From IMG/VR virus record IMGVR_UViG_3300042465_006264: DNA of 64,000 nt; one strand, given 5' to 3'. Shown here in pieces: positions 56,828 through 64,000 of this stretch (position 1 is its first letter; every line of letters starts with the position of its first letter). Position numbers and translations under genes: made by a program. The DNA is from an uncultured virus (IMG/VR IMGVR_UViG_3300042465_006264). Lineage: Duplodnaviria > Heunggongvirae > Uroviricota > Caudoviricetes. The notes under the pieces are model-generated. The model worked only from the letters and a program-made list of their open reading frames with translations. It searched no databases and was not told where the DNA came from.

Positions 56828-57588
56828 AAACCAGAGTAATAACTTTGACAGAAGCATTTGATAGACAGAAAAAAATAGATGAGTTATTTAAATCAAAAAA
56901 TATAGAATTTCAGTATAGATTGGGTGTAGATAATAAAAATTTAAAATTTACTAAACAACCTGGATTCATTTTTAAAGATAAGAACTATTTAATAAATACA
57001 CAAAATTTATTAAAATATACAAATAGACTTTGGATTCGTTTTGGCGAAGTAGCAGCGCTAATGGCCCATAAGAGCATATGGGAAGAATTGTTAAATGATG
57101 AAAGCAAATCAGCATATTTAATATGCGAAGATGATTGCCGCTTTTCAGATAAATTTACATTCGATTCTTTAAAATCTTTTGATCCAAATCATTATGATCT
57201 TTTATATTTACAAGCAGAAACAGCACACTATCAAAATAAAAATCACATAGTTGAAACCTATCCAACTGCAATTTGGGACAATCGGTTAAAAGTTATTAAT
57301 AAACAAAAAGGGTTAATGTTTGAAGGATTTGCAGGCTATTGTTTATCAAAGCAAGGAGCTAAAAAATTAATTGATTATGTTGAAGCAAATGGTTACGATG
57401 GTCCTATAGACAACTTAGTTTGTCATATTGACGATTTGTTGGCAGTATGTCCAGCAAATATAAATGATTATGTTTGTTTAGATTCAGATTCAAAATATTC
57501 GTTCACACATAGTGGAGATTTTATTCATGAATATATTTTAAATGGTATAGAACTACAGTCTAAAGAACCATTAAATATTATAAATTAA
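56824..57588 (+). CDS. Glycosyltransferase, GT25-like
   Basis: GEVAALMAH..IW, LICEDD, GY.LS..GAKKL and PID motifs. Confidence 0.8.
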   Translation: MKTRVITLTEAFDRQKKIDELFKSKNIEFQYRLGVDNKNLKFTKQPGFIFKDKNYLINTQNLLKYTNRLWIRFGEVAALMAHKSIWEELLNDESKSAYLICEDDCRFSDKFTFDSLKSFDPNHYDLLYLQAETAHYQNKNHIVETYPTAIWDNRLKVINKQKGLMFEGFAGYCLSKQGAKKLIDYVEANGYDGPIDNLVCHIDDLLAVCPANINDYVCLDSDSKYSFTHSGDFIHEYILNGIELQSKEPLNIIN

Positions 57589-57592
57589 TTAC

Positions 57593-57620
57593 TTGTTTTT
57601 TAAATTAAAAAGAGTACAAT
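57593..57620 (+). promoter_or_regulatory. Sigma70-type promoter, 16-bp spacer, leaderless
   Basis: TTGTTT-N16-TACAAT-N6-GTG(57627). Confidence 0.55.
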
Positions 57621-57626
57621 ACTATT

Positions 57627-58934
57627 GTGAAACATATTTTAAAATTAGTTGAAGAATATATAAATCAAAAAGAAAAAAAGACATGGATTCCCGGTCACGA
57701 TACAGTAAAATATGCTGGTCCTTATTTTACTGCGGAAGAATATGTTGCCGCTATAGAAGCACTTTTAAATGGATGGTTAGTGCTTGGGCAAAGTGGAATT
57801 AAATTTGAGAATACATTTCCAAAATTATTTGATAAAAATTTTGGAATACTAACAAATAGTGGAAGTAGTTCAAATTTAATAATGATGTCGGCAATGACAT
57901 CAAAGAGACTTTACAATTTTCCTAAAGGAACTAAAGTAATAACGCCAATAGCTGGATTTCCTACTACCTTAAATCCAATATTTCAAGTAGGATTTGAACC
58001 AGATTTTGTAGATATTGAATTAGATTCTTTAAATCTTAATTTAGATCAAGTAGAAGAAAAAGCAAAACAAGGGTCAAAAATTATAACGTTTGCCCATGTG
58101 CTGGGGAATCCACCCAACATGGATCAGTTAATAGATATAGTCAAAAGATATGATCTAATCCTCTTGGAGGATTGCTGTGACGCATTAGGATCAACCTATA
58201 AAGATAAGCCACTTGGATCGTTTGGACAATTCGCTAGTTGTTCTTTTTATCCAGCACACCATATTACAATGGGTGAGGGTGGTTTTATTGCATGCAATAC
58301 ACATGAGCAAGAGATTGTAATTAGAAGTTTTAGAGAGTGGGGTCGTGGATGCTATTGTGTAGGAGAGAAAGCAAATCTCCTAAAAAATGGTTGTTGTGGA
58401 AAAAGATTTTCAAATTGGCTACCGTCATTACCAGATGAAATTTTTGATCACAAATATGTTTATGATGAGATTGGCTATAATTTAAAACCAATAGAGTTAC
58501 AAGCAGCAATGGGATTAGTTCAAATGAAAAAAATCCCAGAGATAAATGAAAAAAGAAAAAAGAATCATGCTAGATTAGTAGAAATATTCTCACCATATGA
58601 AGAATATTTTATATTACCAAAAGCAACAGATCATTCCGATCCAAGTTGGTTTGCATTTGCTGTAACCATTAAAGATAATTCTAAATTTAAAAGAAAAGAT
58701 ATTGTTGAATTTTTAGAGAGTAATAAAATTCAAACAAGACCATATTTTGCTGGTAATGTAATGTTACAACCAGCATACGATGGATTAATGTCATCGGATG
58801 TGGTAATTAATAATTATCCAAATGCTAGAAAAGTAACTACAGATACTTTCTTTCTGGGAACAAGTCCAGTAATAACAGATGTTCAATTGAATTATATTGA
58901 ACAGACAGTACAAAACTTTTTTAAACAAATATAA
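57627..58934 (+). CDS. rfbH: RfbH/DdhC-like NDP-4-keto-6-deoxyhexose 3-dehydratase (DegT/DnrJ family)
   Basis: NSGSSSNL, EDCCDALGS, SFYPAHHITMGEGG (His in place of the PLP Lys) and the Cys motif WGRGCYC. Confidence 0.88.
   Translation: MKHILKLVEEYINQKEKKTWIPGHDTVKYAGPYFTAEEYVAAIEALLNGWLVLGQSGIKFENTFPKLFDKNFGILTNSGSSSNLIMMSAMTSKRLYNFPKGTKVITPIAGFPTTLNPIFQVGFEPDFVDIELDSLNLNLDQVEEKAKQGSKIITFAHVLGNPPNMDQLIDIVKRYDLILLEDCCDALGSTYKDKPLGSFGQFASCSFYPAHHITMGEGGFIACNTHEQEIVIRSFREWGRGCYCVGEKANLLKNGCCGKRFSNWLPSLPDEIFDHKYVYDEIGYNLKPIELQAAMGLVQMKKIPEINEKRKKNHARLVEIFSPYEEYFILPKATDHSDPSWFAFAVTIKDNSKFKRKDIVEFLESNKIQTRPYFAGNVMLQPAYDGLMSSDVVINNYPNARKVTTDTFFLGTSPVITDVQLNYIEQTVQNFFKQI
58855..58928 (+). repeat. 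74-bp direct repeat, copy 1 (3' end of rfbH)
   Basis: Matches 59730..59803 with 5 mismatches. Confidence 0.9.
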
Positions 58935-58942
58935 GGAAAAAT

Positions 58943-59569
58943 ATGTCTAGAGTAGAAAATTTAAAAAATGCAGTAGGCGAAGCGATAAAATCATATGAAA
59001 ATAAAAATATAACAGAAGATATTTTTGCTATAAAAGGATTTTCAGGAAAAGAGTATAAATTATTTGCAAATAAATTACTAGAACAACCAATAGTAAAAAA
59101 TTATTTGGAAATAGGTGTATGGCACGGATCAACTTCAATAGCAGCTTTAAAAAATAATACACAAAAATTAAATTATTGGGTGGTTGATAACTTTTCTCAA
59201 TTTGGATCACCAAAGCAAGAATTTATAAATAATTGGAAAAATTATATTGGATCTGAACCAAATTTAATAGATGAAGATTGTTTTAAAATTAACTTAGAAG
59301 AAAAAGGTCTTAGGGATATTGATGTTTATTTTTATGACGGTGATCACGAAGAAAAAGATCACTATCTAGCACTTCAATATTATTATCCAGCCATGGCTGA
59401 TTCTTTTATTTTTATGGTTGATGATTGGTGCTGGCCCAAAGTACAGATTGGTACATTTAATGCAATCAGAGATTTAAACCTAAAAACAGAAATGCATGTT
59501 GGGTTTTATGGAAATGAAGACTCAAATGGTTGGTGGAATGGTTGTGGAATTTTTATATTTAAAAAATAA
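58943..59569 (+). CDS. Class I SAM-dependent methyltransferase
   Basis: YLEIGVWHGST, YFYDGDH and MVDDW motifs. Confidence 0.85.
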   Translation: MSRVENLKNAVGEAIKSYENKNITEDIFAIKGFSGKEYKLFANKLLEQPIVKNYLEIGVWHGSTSIAALKNNTQKLNYWVVDNFSQFGSPKQEFINNWKNYIGSEPNLIDEDCFKINLEEKGLRDIDVYFYDGDHEEKDHYLALQYYYPAMADSFIFMVDDWCWPKVQIGTFNAIRDLNLKTEMHVGFYGNEDSNGWWNGCGIFIFKK

Positions 59570-59571
59570 AT

Positions 59572-59775
59572 ATGTCTAAACGAACATTAATAATAACGGG
59601 CACTACTGATTTTGGAAGAAGTCCTGATTCCACGGACAATACCATGGAAGAAGTTTTTGATTTAACACTTCCATCTAAAGAAAAATATGCTCAAAAACAT
59701 GGTTATGATTTTTTAGCAATGAGATCTTTTGGGAACAAGTCCAGTAATAACGGATGTTCAGTTAAACTATATTGA
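59572..59775 (+). pseudogene. Truncated glycosyltransferase-like gene fused out of frame to an rfbH tail
   Basis: SKEKYAQKHGYDF resembles a GT34-type N-terminus; the ORF runs into the repeat and stops after 67 aa. Confidence 0.6.
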
Positions 59776-59803
59776 ACAAACAGTACAAAACTTTTTTAAA
59801 CAA
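59730..59803 (+). repeat. 74-bp direct repeat, copy 2
   Basis: Diverged copy of the rfbH 3' end. Confidence 0.9.
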
Positions 59804-60474
59804 TGATTGATTTAAAAAATATTACACTATATTCATATAATTGTGTAAACCCAATTCAAAGTTTAAAGGCTTTGTTATATAGCTCCAAAAATATTAATTT
59901 TGGAGAAATAATTTTAATTAGCAATCAAAAACCAAATAAGATACCCGATAATATTAAGTTTGTTCATACTGAGTATACTACTCACAAAGAAAGTTCAAAA
60001 TTTACATACACACATCTACCTTATTTAATAAACACAGATTATTGTTTGGGAATTCATGATGATGGATTTGTGATTAATCCACATCTATGGGATAATGTGT
60101 TTTTTGAATATGATTATATAGGTGCACCTTGGAAATGGGAAGGTAGGCGAAACAGAGTTGGTAATGGTGGATTTGTTTTAAGAAGTAAAAAATTTTTAAA
60201 CCTTATAAAAAATATATCTTTTTTAGGATTTTGTGATGATGGTGAACAAACGAACATGTATTATGATTATTTTGTAGAAAATGGTTGTAAGTATGCTCCA
60301 GTAGAAATAGCGATGAAATTTTCTTTAGAGTCAAATATTCCTGAATGTGATTACGATTTAAATAAATGTTTTGGTTTTCATGGAAAAGGAAACCCAAATG
60401 ATGTTCATATTCATGATGGTAAATATGAACAATTTCAAGAAAAAATTAAATTGCTAGAAACAGTAGAACTATAA
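59803..60474 (+). CDS. DUF5672-like putative glycosyltransferase
   Basis: HDDGFVINP..W...F.EYDYIGAPW, VGNGGF.LRSKK and FGFHG motifs. Confidence 0.75.
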   Translation: MIDLKNITLYSYNCVNPIQSLKALLYSSKNINFGEIILISNQKPNKIPDNIKFVHTEYTTHKESSKFTYTHLPYLINTDYCLGIHDDGFVINPHLWDNVFFEYDYIGAPWKWEGRRNRVGNGGFVLRSKKFLNLIKNISFLGFCDDGEQTNMYYDYFVENGCKYAPVEIAMKFSLESNIPECDYDLNKCFGFHGKGNPNDVHIHDGKYEQFQEKIKLLETVEL

Positions 60475-60475
60475 T

Positions 60476-61432
60476 ATGCAAGACAAACTTCAAATAAATT
60501 TATTTTCTAGTTCACACAGAGAATATCGTTTTCCATTTACTGTGAAAATGATGAATGAACTACAAAATATTGTTAATAAAGACAAAGCAAAACTATGCAT
60601 TCACGCAGAAGAGTCTGTGATAAACCGCTGGAAAGAGTATTTTAAAAATAGTCCACCAAAGATTGAAACTTTTTATCTTCAATATTCAGATTCAAATTAT
60701 ATGAATAGGGTGAATAATTCTCATCAAACTGATTGCAAGTATTCTTGCAAACTTGATGATGATGTTTTATTTAGCAGGCATGTAATGGATTACATCCTAG
60801 AAAATTTAAATCACATAACCCCAGAACACCCAATTCTTTCTCCGATTCTTACTAATGGTATGCCTAGCACAGAACTCTTTATTGAAGATTTTTTAACTGA
60901 AGAAGATAAAAAAAGTGCATATGAAATATTTTTAAAAACAAAAATTGAAAATCATTTTCATTTAGATTATAGTGAGATCGATAAAAAAGTTCAATCTATG
61001 AAAGAATGGAATGACAAAGAATATTGGGATTTTGTTAGTACTGCTGATACTAAATGGGATAAATTAAATGTTCCTTGGTATTATTTTAATGTTCGTGGTA
61101 TTCATCCAGCCAGGTTGTCTTACGAATACAATATGTTTATTGCCCAAAAAATTATTAATAATAAAAATAAATTTTTTGATAAAAATGAATATAGATTTGA
61201 TACCTACAAAACCCCATACTTCACTAATAATGTTTTTATAAGCGAAACAAATTATTGGAAAGAAACTAGTAAAATGTACACCGATGGTTTTGATGAAGGG
61301 CAATTGAGTCTTAGAATGGAAATGGATAACTCATCAATTTTGTATATTAGAAATGGTTTTGGAATTCATATGGCATACGGACATACACATAATTCACGTC
61401 AACTTGAAAATTTTTATATAGAAAATCTATGA
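60476..61432 (+). CDS. Putative GT-A-fold glycosyltransferase
   Basis: KLDDD and DEGQ motifs; position inside the GT cluster. Confidence 0.55.
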   Translation: MQDKLQINLFSSSHREYRFPFTVKMMNELQNIVNKDKAKLCIHAEESVINRWKEYFKNSPPKIETFYLQYSDSNYMNRVNNSHQTDCKYSCKLDDDVLFSRHVMDYILENLNHITPEHPILSPILTNGMPSTELFIEDFLTEEDKKSAYEIFLKTKIENHFHLDYSEIDKKVQSMKEWNDKEYWDFVSTADTKWDKLNVPWYYFNVRGIHPARLSYEYNMFIAQKIINNKNKFFDKNEYRFDTYKTPYFTNNVFISETNYWKETSKMYTDGFDEGQLSLRMEMDNSSILYIRNGFGIHMAYGHTHNSRQLENFYIENL

Positions 61433-62241
61433 ACAAATATATTATTATTGATCCTCAAGGTTATTGTGGTATGTGTGGATATTTGTGGCAAACAATACGA
61501 GCCATATATCACAATCCAAATAAATTATACTACATAGATTTTTCTACAAGCATATATAAAACTAAAAATGAAAATGTTTGGGATTACTTTTTTGAACAAC
61601 CCCACACAACAAATAAACCATTACCAGATCAAATAGAAAAAAAAGTTGGAATAATTTTTGATCAAGAGAGTGAATTTGTTTGGAGAAATATACAACCAAA
61701 TACAATTGAAGAAATTCAAAAAAGAAGACATGCTTTTAGTGAAATAATAAAAAAATATATGGTCTTAAAGCCAGATATTCAAAATAAAATAGATAACTTT
61801 GTTAATAAAAATTTTAAAAATAAAAAAATTCTCGGGGTTCATTTTAGGGGGACCGACCATCCAGACAAAAAATCAATGGACTATTATTTACAAATAGTCA
61901 AAGAGATGTTGCCAAATTATGATGGCCTTTTTGTCTGCTCGGATGAATATGAAAGATTTAGAATGGCTGAAGTTACTTTTAAAAATAAAATAATTTCTTA
62001 TGATAGCATAAGAAGTAAAAATTTAAATCCTTTACACAGTCCATTTTATGAAACTCGTTTTCCTAGGAATGGTTCATTTGAATACCAATATAAAATAGCA
62101 GAAGATGTTATTATTGAAGCATTTTTAATGTCAAAAGTGGATTATCTACTTTGTTGTGAAGCATCAAATGTTAATTATTTGGCAAGAGCAATCAATCCAA
62201 CTTTAAAAGCCTTAGAAGTGAGTGATAAAATAAGCATATGA
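61429..62241 (+). CDS. NodZ/GT23-like fucosyltransferase-fold protein
   Basis: LGVHFRGTD, FVCSD, EAFLMSK.D and SNV motifs. Confidence 0.7.
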   Translation: MNKYIIIDPQGYCGMCGYLWQTIRAIYHNPNKLYYIDFSTSIYKTKNENVWDYFFEQPHTTNKPLPDQIEKKVGIIFDQESEFVWRNIQPNTIEEIQKRRHAFSEIIKKYMVLKPDIQNKIDNFVNKNFKNKKILGVHFRGTDHPDKKSMDYYLQIVKEMLPNYDGLFVCSDEYERFRMAEVTFKNKIISYDSIRSKNLNPLHSPFYETRFPRNGSFEYQYKIAEDVIIEAFLMSKVDYLLCCEASNVNYLARAINPTLKALEVSDKISI

Positions 62242-63101
62242 ATAACAAAATATCAATATTTGGTGGAAACGGATTTATTGGATCAAGATTTTGTTCATTA
62301 TATCCAGAAGATGTAATAAAAATTGACAGAAATGATTATACGGCTAAAACAAACAATATTTTATACTTTATTAGTACGGTTGATAATTATAATGTTCATA
62401 ACGATCTGCATATTGACATTGAAACTAATTTAAATGTATTAATGAATGTTTTAGAAAAGTTACCAAAAAATAATGATGTCACGTTTAACTTTATAAGTTC
62501 TTGGTTTGTATATGGTAAAAATTATGAAATGCCATTCAGGGAAGATTACTCTAAATGCAACCCAACTGGATTTTATTCAATTACTAAACATTGTGCAGAG
62601 CAACTTTTAATTTCTTTTTGCCAAACACACAATATAAAATATAGAATATTTCGTTTGGCTAATGTTCTTGGTATAGGTGATAATAAAATATCAAAGAAAA
62701 AAAATGCATTACAGTTTATGATAAAAGAAATTGTAAATAATAGGGATGTTCATCTTTATTATGGTGGAGAAGTATTGAGAGATTATATTAATGTAGATGA
62801 TGTTTGTCATGCTTTAAAACATTGCATGGATAAAGCGAGCTATAATGAAATAATAAACATTGGAAGCGGTAAACCACATAAGTTTTTAGATTTAATAAAT
62901 TTATCAATTGAGTATTCAAATTCAACTTCTAAAATTGTTCATATTAAACCAAGTTTATTTCATGATATAGTTCAAGTTAGACATTCTTACTTAGATACTG
63001 CTAAACTAAATTCTTACGGGTTTAGACACCAAAAAACTATAGATGAAACAATAAAAGAGTTAGTGGATTTTTACAAAAAAGAAAGTAATATAGTAAAATA
63101 A
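62238..63101 (+). CDS. NAD-dependent sugar epimerase/dehydratase
   Basis: GGNGFIG, SSWFVYG, YSITK, RDYI.V.D and NIGSG motifs. Confidence 0.88.
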   Translation: MNNKISIFGGNGFIGSRFCSLYPEDVIKIDRNDYTAKTNNILYFISTVDNYNVHNDLHIDIETNLNVLMNVLEKLPKNNDVTFNFISSWFVYGKNYEMPFREDYSKCNPTGFYSITKHCAEQLLISFCQTHNIKYRIFRLANVLGIGDNKISKKKNALQFMIKEIVNNRDVHLYYGGEVLRDYINVDDVCHALKHCMDKASYNEIINIGSGKPHKFLDLINLSIEYSNSTSKIVHIKPSLFHDIVQVRHSYLDTAKLNSYGFRHQKTIDETIKELVDFYKKESNIVK

Positions 63102-63102
63102 T

Positions 63103-63813
63103 ATGAATAATGTAATCTTTATACATGCCGGAAATATGGTTGTCGATAAATACGGATTTCCAAATGAAGATCGTTGTCAAAAAATTATTGACGAAATTTC
63201 TTTATATATTATACAATCTGAAATTTATAAAGATGTTAAATTTATTAATTTAGAATTAATAGGAAATAACAATATATCTTTTAATGTTCCAAAAGGAAAT
63301 ATATGTTATAATGGTCCTGACCATACTCAATATGAATTTGCAACATTACAAAAAATAATAGATTATTCAAAAAATAATCCAAATGATAATATTTTGTATA
63401 TTCATACAAAAGGATCTAGTAGTAGTAAAGATGGACATGAAAAGAACTCTTCTCCTCCTCCTTTTAAATGGATTGAAGATGTAAGAAATTATCAATTATA
63501 TCAAACGATAACTAGATATAAACTTTGTTTAAATATGCTAAAAGAATATGACACATGTGGTGCAGAATTAATCGACCATCCAGTTAAACATTATTCACAA
63601 AATTTTTGGTGGACTAAAGCAAAACATGTCAATACACTAGTTCATCCTTCAACAAGACCTATAATCTTTGATTATAGACATAATTGTGAATTTTGGATAT
63701 GTTCTAATCCCAATGGAAAATATAAAAGTATATGTAATCTGTATGATCATTTTGAAAATGCTATAGATTTTTCAAAAGAATTATATGTAAATAAAGAGAG
63801 TAATAATATATGA
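63103..63813 (+). CDS. Hypothetical protein of the glycosylation cluster
   Basis: YE..TL, LYIHTKG, HYS.NFWW and EFWI motifs. Confidence 0.65.
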   Translation: MNNVIFIHAGNMVVDKYGFPNEDRCQKIIDEISLYIIQSEIYKDVKFINLELIGNNNISFNVPKGNICYNGPDHTQYEFATLQKIIDYSKNNPNDNILYIHTKGSSSSKDGHEKNSSPPPFKWIEDVRNYQLYQTITRYKLCLNMLKEYDTCGAELIDHPVKHYSQNFWWTKAKHVNTLVHPSTRPIIFDYRHNCEFWICSNPNGKYKSICNLYDHFENAIDFSKELYVNKESNNI

Positions 63814-64000
63814 AAATTGTTTATATAACAGGTTGTTTAGGATTTATAGGATCATATGTAACTCGTCTATGCCTTGATAGAGGTTGGTATGTTAAAGGTG
63901 TTGATAAAATCACATATGCAGCAAATGAAGATTTATTAAAAGAATTTGAAAAGTATAAAAATTTTTCATTTGTTAAATGTGATATAAATGATTTAAAATT
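63810..64000 (+). CDS. dTDP-glucose 4,6-dehydratase-like SDR, 3'-partial
   Basis: Manual translation MKIVYITGCLGFIGSY...VDKITYAAN. Confidence 0.75.
   Translation, partial: MKIVYITGCLGFIGSYVTRLCLDRGWYVKGVDKITYAANEDLLKEFEKYKNFSFVKCDINDLK

Noticed and set aside
58855..59803. Diversity-generating retroelement TR/VR pair
   Set aside because: The mismatches are synonymous third-position changes, not adenine-specific in one direction, and no reverse transcriptase is present.
11388..64000. Alternative genetic code (stop-codon reassignment)
   Set aside because: Core genes (gp17, gp20, gp23, uvsW) are full length in the standard code, and no suppressor tRNA was seen.

Overview
A 64-kb segment of a large T4-like (myovirus) phage genome with two compositionally distinct parts. 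(1) About 1.1-11.3 kb is a visibly GC-rich island of mostly minus-strand putative early genes: a CobS-like AAA+ ATPase and a metallopeptidase/VWA partner, small hypothetical genes, four tRNAs (Ile-UAU, Arg-UCU, Leu-CAA, Lys-UUU) and candidate ncRNAs. Most of these genes have their own sigma70-type promoter, with an 18-bp spacer and the ATG 7 nt after the -10 box (leaderless). Four intergenic regions carry the same bulged hairpin (CTACTATC...ATC-variable stem-GATAGTAG), three of them with a conserved 27-28-bp box. (2) The rest is AT-rich. It holds putative internal virion proteins, guaC, a DenV-like glycosylase, a lysozyme-LysM protein, Cys-rich proteins, gp33, gp32, a T4-like baseplate/neck/terminase/tail/head module (gp51-26-54-4-48-53-25-6-13-15-16-17-18-19-19-20-21-22-23-3), uvsW, uvsY and a cluster of glycosyltransferase and sugar-nucleotide genes. 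Sigma70-type promoters there have 16-bp spacers, and late genes have T4-type (T)ATAAATA boxes. Product calls come from recognised motifs and gene order, not from database searches. The host cannot be determined.
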